Of a DNA stretch of 64,000 nucleotides, positions 1 to 8,701 are shown piece by piece; position 1 is the stretch's first letter; each line of letters begins with the position of its first letter. Under the pieces are notes generated by a model that saw only the letters and a list, made by a program, of their open reading frames with translations, did no database searches and was not told where the DNA came from. The position numbers and the translations under genes were made by a program. The stretch is from an uncultured Candidatus Saccharibacteria bacterium (lineage in GTDB: Bacteria > Patescibacteriota > Dojkabacteria > J137), in contig OZ246402.1 of the NCBI GenBank assembly GCA_965230975.1, positions 101,771 to 165,770 of the forward strand, written 5' to 3'.

Positions 1-244
1 AGCAAATTACTTAACACCAGTTTCAAATACTTGTATTTTTCAATTGCAAGCTTTGCTTGGAGAAGATTTTATTGAATCTGGAGCATCTGCAAATGCAGAA
101 AATTTCAAGAATTTTAATTTTACAAAAACCCAACTAAGCATTACCTTTGATGCTTATCAAGTTGGGTCATACGCTATAGGCACACCAGTAGTAGAAATGG
201 ATTTAGCAGATTTTAACCCAATTTTAAAACCTGAATTTAAATAA
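1..244 (+). CDS. C-terminal fragment of a protein truncated by the window start (hypothetical; DUF3298/RsiV-like tail possible)
   Basis: Frame +2 is open from position 2 to the TAA at 242-244. The tail ...QLSITFDAYQVGSYAIGTPVVEMDL... was read directly. No complete domain is visible. Confidence 0.4.
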   Translation, partial: ANYLTPVSNTCIFQLQALLGEDFIESGASANAENFKNFNFTKTQLSITFDAYQVGSYAIGTPVVEMDLADFNPILKPEFK

Positions 245-756
245 TGCATAAGCCTTTATCAAAAAAGCAGATTAAAGATTTAAATGAGAAATTTTCATCT
301 CAAGTGAACCGAAAAGAGCTTGTCTTTGTATTGCAAGATGTAATTGACCCAATAAATGTGGGTTCTATATTTAGAATTGCAGATGGAGTTGGGGCAAAAA
401 TAGTCTTAAGTGGGCAATGTCCTATTCCACCACACAAGCAAATATCAATGACATCACGTGGGTTAGAAAGAAGTGTTGAATGGGAATATATTGAAAAGTT
501 TGAAGATGCAATTTCAAATTTAAGAGAAGATGGATTTTCAATTATAGGATTAGAATTATCGGACACTTCTAAGCTATACTCTGAATACAAATATTCAGAG
601 AAGGTAGCATTAATTCTTGGGAGCGAAGCTCATGGAATTTACAAAAAGAACTTGGATTTGTGTGATGATATTGTTTGTATTCCAATGTTAGGAAAAGGGC
701 CTTCGTTAAATGTTAATGTAGCAGCTGCCATAGTTGGCTATAAAATTATTTCATAA
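244..756 (+). CDS. SpoU/TrmH-family RNA 2'-O-methyltransferase (SPOUT)
   Basis: 170 aa. Motifs LILGSEAHGI and CIPMLGKGPSLNVNVAAAIVGYKI are typical of the SpoU_methylase C-terminal knot. The start overlaps the upstream stop (TAATG). Confidence 0.8.
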   Translation: MHKPLSKKQIKDLNEKFSSQVNRKELVFVLQDVIDPINVGSIFRIADGVGAKIVLSGQCPIPPHKQISMTSRGLERSVEWEYIEKFEDAISNLREDGFSIIGLELSDTSKLYSEYKYSEKVALILGSEAHGIYKKNLDLCDDIVCIPMLGKGPSLNVNVAAAIVGYKIIS

Positions 757-765
757 GAAAAATTT

Positions 766-1269
766 ATGTTAAATCAAACAGATAATGTATTTACAAAGGC
801 ACCTGAACTTTTTAGTACAGGAGGCCTATCACCCGAAGAAAATGTAAGATATTTAGAGCTTACTAAGTCTATACCAAATGGTGTGAGTTACTTTTTGTAT
901 AAAGGGGAATCATATGCAATTAAAAAAAGTACCTTAGCACATGGACCACTACCAAAACTCCCAAGCGACAAGAGACCAATTGTATCTGTGCATATAGACA
1001 TTGCAAAGGTTGATCAATCATTGCTAGCCAACACTAGTTTATTGATAAGCGAAATGTCTGATTCCTATAGACAATTTGAGGAGCATTCATTGTTTGTTTT
1101 ATCCCTTGATCAATCACAAGGGAGTCATACTACTAGCGATCCATTTGTCCCAAGCATTGCTTCTACAGCACCTTACAATCTTTCACTCGAAAGTATGTTA
1201 GTTGAAGCTTTGAATTCAAGAATTGAAGTGCCAAGTTTTATTGGGCAAGCTCAATTAGCAGAACTATAG
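766..1269 (+). CDS. hypothetical protein
   Basis: 167-aa ORF with no recognisable motif. Its 3' end overlaps the convergent gene by 19 nt. Confidence 0.4.
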   Translation: MLNQTDNVFTKAPELFSTGGLSPEENVRYLELTKSIPNGVSYFLYKGESYAIKKSTLAHGPLPKLPSDKRPIVSVHIDIAKVDQSLLANTSLLISEMSDSYRQFEEHSLFVLSLDQSQGSHTTSDPFVPSIASTAPYNLSLESMLVEALNSRIEVPSFIGQAQLAEL

Positions 1270-2405
1270 ACAACAAGGTAATCAAACTTACCCCCAAAAT
1301 CTTTAAGTGTTTTTTCGTTTGAACTTGTTTCCCATGGGTCTGTTAAAATGTATTCATTACCCCTCTTCTCTTTTACTAAAACCCAGTGTTGAAGATTTGT
1401 ATATGGCACCTTTTTAAAACCCATAATTACCTGGTTACCATTTGAAAGTTCATAATCTATTCTTTCTAAACCTTTTACACTATCGTAAGAACCTTTAAAT
1501 GTTAATCCTTGTACAAAATTTGGAATAGAATACCATTTCACATCGCAACCATTAACATAACCTTGAAAGTTGTTTTCTGAAAGTCTACTGTTTAGCTCTT
1601 CGGGACTTAAATCAAAGCCAAAACCTTTTAAAGCCATTGAAATACTAGATACTGCGCAACCAGCAGAACCGATCGTTTGGTTTTCGCAACCACCTAATAT
1701 TAAATCCTTCCAAGAGTCATCTCTTTGGCTGTAAAAAGATGTATTCGAAAAAACAAAATCGACTAAACTACCTTGCGAAACTTTAGAAATCTTTTTAGAA
1801 CTAACATTTATAGAATATTTAGCTTCAGGAATTGACTGATTGTTTTCAAAAATTATCTCGTCTCCATCCCAAACCAAAACAGATCTACCCTCTTTTGAAA
1901 TTGATGGGTTAAGCAAATTATTATCTTTATCATCAAATTTAGTTATTAATAGTTCTTTTTCTAATGTTTGTGGGTTTACAGAATAGATCTCGGTAGGCCA
2001 AATTTTTAAATATGCAAATGCCGAACTATCTTCTTTCCAAACAATTCCGCTAAAAAAGGAGTATTTTTTATCTTTATCTTCAAGATCCTGTTTATCTAAA
2101 AGTCTTTTTTGAGTTCCATCAGAATTTATAATCCAAAGTTTTGCATTAGTAAAGCCTAAATCTTCTACTGTTGTATAAACTATGTATTTATTGTTTGGAG
2201 ATGCGCTTGTTAAGCTAGACATTATTATCTCTTTTTCTGCCTTAACACTTTCTAAATTGAATTGAGTTTCGTGAGATTCTGGTGATTTTTCACTTTCATT
2301 ATTATTGAGACCAATTGCCTGCTCACCATTTTTTGTTGAATAAATAGATATTCCAATTGCAATTAATGCGATTAAAAATACTAAAATAACTAATTTTTTA
2401 AACAT
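1251..2405 (-). CDS. membrane-anchored protein with a beta-propeller-like middle region and a C-terminal C39-like cysteine peptidase domain
   Basis: N-terminal TM segment LVILVFLIALIAIGISIY. C-terminal GGCENQTIGSAGCAVSSISMAL (Cys), QHWVLVKEKRGNEYILTDPWE (His/Asp) resemble Peptidase_C39_2. The middle region has TolB-like YIVYTTVED...LWIINSDGTQK repeats. Confidence 0.5.
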   Translation of the reverse strand: MFKKLVILVFLIALIAIGISIYSTKNGEQAIGLNNNESEKSPESHETQFNLESVKAEKEIIMSSLTSASPNNKYIVYTTVEDLGFTNAKLWIINSDGTQKRLLDKQDLEDKDKKYSFFSGIVWKEDSSAFAYLKIWPTEIYSVNPQTLEKELLITKFDDKDNNLLNPSISKEGRSVLVWDGDEIIFENNQSIPEAKYSINVSSKKISKVSQGSLVDFVFSNTSFYSQRDDSWKDLILGGCENQTIGSAGCAVSSISMALKGFGFDLSPEELNSRLSENNFQGYVNGCDVKWYSIPNFVQGLTFKGSYDSVKGLERIDYELSNGNQVIMGFKKVPYTNLQHWVLVKEKRGNEYILTDPWETSSNEKTLKDFGGKFDYLVVYSSAN

Positions 2406-2426
2406 ATTTAAAAGGATTTTGAATAT

Positions 2427-3416
2427 TTATAGTTTATTTACTAATAAGGCGTGGGTATCTTCATCTAGATCTAGTGTTCCATTCTCCACTGCTTTATTTC
2501 GCATTTTTAAAGATTGTTCTCCTGGATAGTATATTTCATCTACACCATCCGCCTTAGGCAAGGACTTGAGTTCTATAATTGCTTGATCAACTACCTCTTT
2601 AAATTCATAAATTGGTCTAAAGATTTCTGGATTAATCAAAATGAAAAAAGACCCCCACCCACCTTTTGTGTTATAACCTACTCTACTTAAACTTAACGCA
2701 CCTGCTAATAATTCAACTGCCATTCCCAACCCCGAACCTTTATGTTCTGCCATTGCTAGCAATCCTCCATTCCACCCATCTTCTGGCTTGTTTGATGGGT
2801 TACCATTTTCATCTAAAATTGTTCCTGTTGGCAAATCTTTATTTTGCTTTAATGCTTGTAAAATATCTCCATAAGTAATTTTTGTAGAAGCAAAGTCTAA
2901 AATAAATGGATCCTCTTTTGAAGGGATTCCAATTGTTAAAGGATTGGTTCCCCAAATATCTTTTATTGCACCATGCGGTATTAATCCGCCCGATGAATTG
3001 TGAAAACCTATAAATATCAAGTCTTTTTCTACTGCTTTTCGAGCATATATTCCTATGCTACCAGAATTTACTCCAAAGGTAGATGCAACGCTGTACATTC
3101 CGACCTGTTTTGCATTTTCTATTGCGTATTCTAAAAACTTTTCGATTGTATAAATGCCTGACCTCGAATATCCATTTACTCTTAATGAAACACTTGTTTC
3201 TTTTTCTATTACAGGTTCTGGCGAATTAGGGTCAAACATCTCGCTGCCTAGTTTATCTTTAAAATGCTTGATTCTTGATATTCCATGACCCTTTTTACCT
3301 AGAAGTTCTGCTTCTACTAAATGTAATGCCACAATTTCGGCCTCTTCTTTTTGAAATCCGATTTCAATTAGTTTTGAAATTGCTAAGTTTGTTAATTTTG
3401 ATATTTCGATTTTCAT
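2427..3416 (-). CDS. Ldh_2 family malate/L-lactate/(sulfo)lactate dehydrogenase
   Basis: 329 aa. N-terminal LVEAELLGKKGHGISRI and the overall length and composition are typical of the Ldh_2 family (pfam02615). Confidence 0.75.
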   Translation of the reverse strand: MKIEISKLTNLAISKLIEIGFQKEEAEIVALHLVEAELLGKKGHGISRIKHFKDKLGSEMFDPNSPEPVIEKETSVSLRVNGYSRSGIYTIEKFLEYAIENAKQVGMYSVASTFGVNSGSIGIYARKAVEKDLIFIGFHNSSGGLIPHGAIKDIWGTNPLTIGIPSKEDPFILDFASTKITYGDILQALKQNKDLPTGTILDENGNPSNKPEDGWNGGLLAMAEHKGSGLGMAVELLAGALSLSRVGYNTKGGWGSFFILINPEIFRPIYEFKEVVDQAIIELKSLPKADGVDEIYYPGEQSLKMRNKAVENGTLDLDEDTHALLVNKL

Positions 3417-3438
3417 AAGTATTTACAGTAATAATTTA

Positions 3439-3525
3439 CGGAGAGTGTGAGATTCGAACTCACGATCCAATTGCTTGGACACTCGTTTTCGAGACGAGCC
3501 CTTTCGGCCACTCAGGCAACTCTCC
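3439..3525 (-). tRNA. tRNA-Ser (anticodon CGA), type II with long variable arm
   Basis: The reverse complement reads GGAGAGTTGCCTGAGTGGCCGAAAGGGCTCGTCTCGAAAACGAGTGTCCAAGCAATTGGATCGTGAGTTCGAATCTCACACTCTCCG. It has a 7-bp acceptor stem, a GTTCGAATC T-loop, a CTCGAAA anticodon loop (CGA), and no encoded CCA. Confidence 0.8.
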
Positions 3526-3750
3526 CCAAACACAGTTAGTAGTTTGAGTTTGAAATATACAAAAATTTGTAATTTTTGTATGCTCGGAACGCTAACGCTA
3601 TTAAAATCCGTTTCGTTTGATCTTTATTGTTCAATTATACCTCGACATTTACACAAAAAGTTATATTATAGTTGTAGAAAAGAAGCAATATTGCTAACCC
3701 AATTTTCTAAAATGGATTATAATCAACCTAATAGTATTTAAAAGTTACTT

Positions 3751-4179
3751 ATGGAAATTAAGAAAGTAGAATTACTAAATAAAGAGGGCTTAGAAAAATT
3801 CCTAAGCATTGGATCTGGTTGTGTAATTATTAACAACAACAAAGTCTTATTGGTAAGAGGTATTGGTGGTGATTCTTTTAAATTCCCAGGAGGGCATATT
3901 AAAGATGATGAAAATTTAAAACAATCTGCTCAAAGAGAGTGTGAAGAAGAGATTGGTTGCAAAGTAGAAACAGTAGGAGACCCAACATTTTTTTTGTTTA
4001 AAGCAAGTGATGATTTAAGTATTGTACTTGTTCACTACATGGCTAAAATCGTAGAAGGAGAACCAAAACCAACTACAGAAATAGATGAGATTCAGTGGTT
4101 TGATGTAAATAAACTTCCCCTAAACGTTTTTGAAAATGTTAAACCTGTATTAGATTTCTTTAAAAAAGAGATTATTTAA
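3751..4179 (+). CDS. NUDIX hydrolase
   Basis: Nudix box GGHIKDDENLKQSAQRECEEEIG (GX5EX7REUXEEXGU). Confidence 0.8.
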   Translation: MEIKKVELLNKEGLEKFLSIGSGCVIINNNKVLLVRGIGGDSFKFPGGHIKDDENLKQSAQRECEEEIGCKVETVGDPTFFLFKASDDLSIVLVHYMAKIVEGEPKPTTEIDEIQWFDVNKLPLNVFENVKPVLDFFKKEII

Positions 4180-4180
4180 A

Positions 4181-4924
4181 ATGAACAAAGCTATTCGATT
4201 TTTAAAATACAATCGAATTAGAATCTTACAAATAATACTAGCCTTTTTAGTTGTCATAATAATCTTTGCATCTGTTTGGATAGCTACACCTTACAAAGCA
4301 TCTACAAATGCAATAACCAATTTGGTCTCCACAGACACTTTTGATTACCTGGATAGCGGTAATTTAGAATTTATACCTAAAGATGCAAAAAAGAATGGCG
4401 TAATATTTTACCCTGGAGGACGTGTAGAGGCACAAGCTTATTCTTATATTTGCAAAGAGATAGCAACAAATGGATACCCATGCATTATTGCAGTTATGCC
4501 ACTTAATCTAGCCGTTTTTAAAATAAATGCTGCTAGTGAAATAATTTCAAAGTTCGACAAAGTTGAAAGTTGGGTTATAGGAGGCCACTCACTTGGGGGG
4601 TCTATGGCTGCCAGATATGTAAAAGATAACCCAAACAAAATAAACGGCATTTTCTTTTTAGCATCTTATTCTGATGTAGATCTTTCCAAAACTAATTTAA
4701 AAGCCCTAACCATTGTTGGAACTGAAGATTCTGTTTTGAATGCTCAAGCATACAAAGATAACTACTCAAATTTTCCTGAAGACAGAAGCATTAACGTAAT
4801 ACAAGGAGGTAATCATTCTCAGTTTGGAGATTATGGATTGCAAGATGGTGACTTGGAACCTCAAATTGAGGTATCGGATCAACACAATATAGTTGTTGCG
4901 GAAATTCTTAAATTATTAAATTAA
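4181..4924 (+). CDS. membrane-anchored alpha/beta-hydrolase (esterase/lipase-like)
   Basis: N-terminal TM segment. Nucleophile elbow GGHSLGGSMAA (GxSxG), with downstream Asp/His (GGNHSQFGD). Confidence 0.65.
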   Translation: MNKAIRFLKYNRIRILQIILAFLVVIIIFASVWIATPYKASTNAITNLVSTDTFDYLDSGNLEFIPKDAKKNGVIFYPGGRVEAQAYSYICKEIATNGYPCIIAVMPLNLAVFKINAASEIISKFDKVESWVIGGHSLGGSMAARYVKDNPNKINGIFFLASYSDVDLSKTNLKALTIVGTEDSVLNAQAYKDNYSNFPEDRSINVIQGGNHSQFGDYGLQDGDLEPQIEVSDQHNIVVAEILKLLN

Positions 4925-4928
4925 AAAT

Positions 4929-5360
4929 ATGTTCGAAATTTTTAATGTTAGTGTAAACCCTTTTGTTATTGGGATTGCGGCTTTCGTATACTTTTTATTC
5001 TGTTTATTAGTTTTCAGCAATAATGGTTTTGGCAAATTTTTAAGAAACCTATTTAAGTCAAGTAAAACTGAATTTTCTGTTAATCAAAAAAATTTAATAC
5101 TGCTTTTTATAACTTCTTTAATAATTGCCGGTGGTTTAAATTCAATATTACAATACTCTGCAATGTTAAGTGGTTTAAACTTGTTGCAAAATATTTTTGC
5201 AACAGCTTTTATGACAGCAACTACAATCTCAACACCGGCGATTTTTGTGACAACACTTTTAGAAAATAAAGATAAAAAAAACATACTGCTGGTATATTTT
5301 TACAATCTAATTGGCTTTATATTAATTTGTGCAATACTCTCTTTACTTCAAACAATATAA
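4929..5360 (+). CDS. hypothetical polytopic membrane protein
   Basis: 143 aa with 4 predicted hydrophobic helices and no motif. Confidence 0.4.
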   Translation: MFEIFNVSVNPFVIGIAAFVYFLFCLLVFSNNGFGKFLRNLFKSSKTEFSVNQKNLILLFITSLIIAGGLNSILQYSAMLSGLNLLQNIFATAFMTATTISTPAIFVTTLLENKDKKNILLVYFYNLIGFILICAILSLLQTI

Positions 5361-5404
5361 ACTTGGTAATTACATTAGATTTAGATAAATGATAAACTTA
5401 ATAT

Positions 5405-6760
5405 ATGATTACCTTGCAAAAGGCTTTGCCCACAATCTTAAAAAGGATAGCAAATAACATCGAAATTATTCTTGCGAGTTTAATAATTTTCGTAGCTCCG
5501 TTAGTTGTTAACTATAATGATTTACCTAAGGGATATGAAATCCCCAAAGTTGTTTTTTTTCAAATTTCTACACTTATACTGTTCGCGATTTTTCTATCCC
5601 GAACAGTATTTAGTTTTACAAATAGCAAGCCTCTTAGGCTAGAAAAATCGCTTGTAGTTTTGATTATTACAATTGTATTAATAATAATTTCATCTTTAGT
5701 CTCTCCTTTTAGCAATGGATTTGATATAGAGTCGCTTAAAAGCAACATATCTTTAGTAGGTAATTCTTTTAGATTGCAAGGTGCATATACCCATGTTTTA
5801 ATGGCAATTTTTGCATACATTATTTATAAAAGAGCTAATAGGAAGAATGTAGGTTTAATATTTGTTGCACTTTTTCTATCTTCGCTTATTCAAGCTGGGG
5901 TGTCTTTTGGGCAACTTTCATATTTTATTAAAGTTGATCCCAAAGTTATTTTTGAAGGGTACTATATTAACGGCACATTTGGGCAAGCCAACTTTTATTC
6001 TGGTAGGATAATGCTTGGAATTTTATCTGCAATTTTTTTAACAACAATCGCTGGTAATTTTATTAGTCGATTTAAAAAATTTAAAATAGCACTTAATATA
6101 ATAGTATTTGCACTTCTTCCTATTTCTACCATTTTTTTAATTGTTGGATTGTTTATATCTTTTTCTACATGGGGAATAATTTCAAGCATATTATTGGTTT
6201 TCTTATTAATTCTTTACGAGATATCTGTTTTAAAAAAGTTTAAAAAATATCATTTTGGTTATTTGTTTGGAGTAATTTTTTCTATTGGGTTAATTACAGG
6301 AGCTATGTTTCTTGCTAAACAATATTACGATAATGTAGAAAACTTCAGACTGTTAATTTGGCAAAAGATTTTTGAAATTTCTAAAAAAAGTCCTGTTCAG
6401 AATATTATTTTTGGCTTTGGATTTGATACTTTAGGAGAAGTTTTCAAAATATTTGGTGAGTTTAAAGGCTTATATGTTGATAGGGCTCACAACTTCTTTT
6501 TAGATATTTATTCTCAAGCAGGATTATTATCTCTTGTAGGATTTTTAGGTCTTTATGTATTAAGTGCTTTGAAATTTGTATTTAACAAATCTTCTAGAAC
6601 TTTAACCTATTTGTTCATTGGCTGTATTGTTTGGATCTTTAGAAGCTTTGTTCATGAAAGCGGGATTGTTAACCTGTATGACTTTTTAATTCTGTTTGCT
6701 GCCACACTGGCTTTGCAAAGGGATTTTAGTATTGGCTTTATAAAAGTTGCAAAAAAATAA
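5405..6760 (+). CDS. O-antigen ligase-like (Wzy_C family) polytopic membrane protein
   Basis: At least 10 hydrophobic helices. The periplasmic-loop motif RAHNFFLDIYSQAGLLSLVGFLG matches the Wzy_C signature aHN.yLq...E.G..G. Confidence 0.45.
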   Translation: MITLQKALPTILKRIANNIEIILASLIIFVAPLVVNYNDLPKGYEIPKVVFFQISTLILFAIFLSRTVFSFTNSKPLRLEKSLVVLIITIVLIIISSLVSPFSNGFDIESLKSNISLVGNSFRLQGAYTHVLMAIFAYIIYKRANRKNVGLIFVALFLSSLIQAGVSFGQLSYFIKVDPKVIFEGYYINGTFGQANFYSGRIMLGILSAIFLTTIAGNFISRFKKFKIALNIIVFALLPISTIFLIVGLFISFSTWGIISSILLVFLLILYEISVLKKFKKYHFGYLFGVIFSIGLITGAMFLAKQYYDNVENFRLLIWQKIFEISKKSPVQNIIFGFGFDTLGEVFKIFGEFKGLYVDRAHNFFLDIYSQAGLLSLVGFLGLYVLSALKFVFNKSSRTLTYLFIGCIVWIFRSFVHESGIVNLYDFLILFAATLALQRDFSIGFIKVAKK

Positions 6761-6763
6761 CTC

Positions 6764-8554
6764 TTACATTTTTTCTACAGTCTCGATTCCTAATAAGGAA
6801 AGTCCGTTTTTCAAAACTTGTCCTGTTGCCCATGTTAATGCCAATCTTGCATTTTTATCTTCTTGCTCCGCTTTTAAGATTGGAAGTTCTGTATAAAATC
6901 TATTAAAGAGTTGGGCGAGATTGAATAAATATAAAGCAATATTGTTTGGTGCATAATTTAATGTTGCATCTTTTACAACTTGAGGGAATTTATATAATTC
7001 CTTTAGCAAAGATTGCTCTAAATCATGATCCAAACCGTTAATACTGCTGTAAATATTTTTAAAATCACCTTTTGAAATTACTGACCTAGACCTAGAGTAT
7101 GTGTATAGAATATATGGGCCTGAATCACCTTCTAAAGAAATGGTGTTGTCTATATCAAATATTTGATCCTGAGTTCTACTTACCTTTAACAATGAATACT
7201 TTATTGCTGCTACTGCTATTTTTTCGGAAATATCTTCTAATTCTTCTTTAGAAAACTCCGTTGTGATGTATACTTTTATTTTCTCTTTTGCAATATCAAT
7301 CAAGTCATTTACATAATATTGAGTTCCACTTCTAGAAGACATTTTTTCTGATTCACCTTTTGCATTTTTTACCAATACAAAACCGTAGGGTATGTGGTGA
7401 AAGTCTTCGTACTTACCAAATCCTAGTTGTGAACAAACTGCAAACATCTGTTTCATTGCTAAAGATTGTTCTGGTCCAATAACCCAGTAAAGTTCATCAG
7501 GGTTGAAAGTGGTTCTCTTTAAATATGATAGTTCTAAATCTTGAGTAATATATAAAGATGTACCATCATTTTTTATGACTATTGTATCTGGCAATTTAAA
7601 GTCTTTTAAGTTTGTAAGAATTGCACCATCTTCAAGTTTTCTAAATATACCTTCTCTTAAACCTCTTTCAACATGGTTTTTACCTTGTTTATAAATATCA
7701 CTTTCATGCCATATTTTGTCAAACTTCCAGCCCCCTACTCTAGATAAGGATTGTTTGTAACCTTGCCAAACCCATTCCTGTGTTAACTTCCAAAGAGCAT
7801 GGTTTTTTGGTTCTTCTGCTTCCCAATCTACAACCATTTGCCTAACTTTAGATTCTACGTCTGAATTGTTCTTAAAATCCTCAGAGCCTTTTGTATATAG
7901 TTTGTCTACAAATCTACCTGGGTTCATATTTTCGGACTCAGGAGTTTTCCACTTTTCTTGATTTTCAAACCAGTAATTTAAATCTGTAGGTAAGGATTCG
8001 TCTTTTTTTGCGAATTTTAAATAACCCCACATTAACCTTGCTATTGCAATCCCTCTGTTGTTATCTATACAATCCCTGTAAACTTTTGCTCCATTTGCTT
8101 CTAGCAAATATGATATAGATAAACCCGTTACTGTATTTTTTAAATGACCTAAGTGATACTCTTTATTAGGATTTGGCGAAGTATGTTCTATTAAGATTGT
8201 TTTGCCTTTTTTTTCTTTGTTATGACCATAAGTTTCTTTAGCCTCAAAGATATGTTGCAAAACCTGTTTATAGTAATCTTTAGATATTTTTATATTAATA
8301 AATCCAGGTTTTGCAACACTTAATGATTCAACAAAGGGTAATTTAGCAGTCTGCAAATCAGATTTAATCTCCTCTGCTATGTCTAATGGGTTTCTTTTCA
8401 AAACCCTAGAAAGAGACATGGCTATATTTGTAGCTAAATCTCCAAATGACAAATCTTTAGGTGATTCTATAACAAATTCAACATCTCTAATATCAAAAAG
8501 ATTAGCAATGCTATTTTTTATTGAGTTTTCAATTATTTGATTTATATTTTCCAC
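6764..8554 (-). CDS. argS: arginine--tRNA ligase
   Basis: 596 aa. Class-I HIGH motif (PNPNKEYHLGHLKN), KMSKS-like motif MSSRSG, and an anticodon-binding C-terminus. Confidence 0.9.
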   Translation of the reverse strand: MENINQIIENSIKNSIANLFDIRDVEFVIESPKDLSFGDLATNIAMSLSRVLKRNPLDIAEEIKSDLQTAKLPFVESLSVAKPGFINIKISKDYYKQVLQHIFEAKETYGHNKEKKGKTILIEHTSPNPNKEYHLGHLKNTVTGLSISYLLEANGAKVYRDCIDNNRGIAIARLMWGYLKFAKKDESLPTDLNYWFENQEKWKTPESENMNPGRFVDKLYTKGSEDFKNNSDVESKVRQMVVDWEAEEPKNHALWKLTQEWVWQGYKQSLSRVGGWKFDKIWHESDIYKQGKNHVERGLREGIFRKLEDGAILTNLKDFKLPDTIVIKNDGTSLYITQDLELSYLKRTTFNPDELYWVIGPEQSLAMKQMFAVCSQLGFGKYEDFHHIPYGFVLVKNAKGESEKMSSRSGTQYYVNDLIDIAKEKIKVYITTEFSKEELEDISEKIAVAAIKYSLLKVSRTQDQIFDIDNTISLEGDSGPYILYTYSRSRSVISKGDFKNIYSSINGLDHDLEQSLLKELYKFPQVVKDATLNYAPNNIALYLFNLAQLFNRFYTELPILKAEQEDKNARLALTWATGQVLKNGLSLLGIETVEKM

Positions 8555-8701
8555 ATAGCAATGATAGCAAATATAGTAAATAATTTTAAGTTAGTTCAGC
8601 AAATTAAGGTTTTCTAATATTGATATAAATTTTAGGCAACACCATTTAAATCAGTTTGTTATTCTGATATTCTGTTATAGATTATTCTAGATATTTTAAT
8701 T

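Noticed and set aside
2666-2878. 70-aa plus-strand ORF
   Set aside because: It is antisense within the well-supported Ldh_2 gene and has low-complexity Leu-rich composition.
3475-3741. 88-aa plus-strand ORF in the track
   Set aside because: It overlaps the tRNA-Ser gene on the opposite strand and continues into AT-rich intergenic DNA. It is a spurious ORF.
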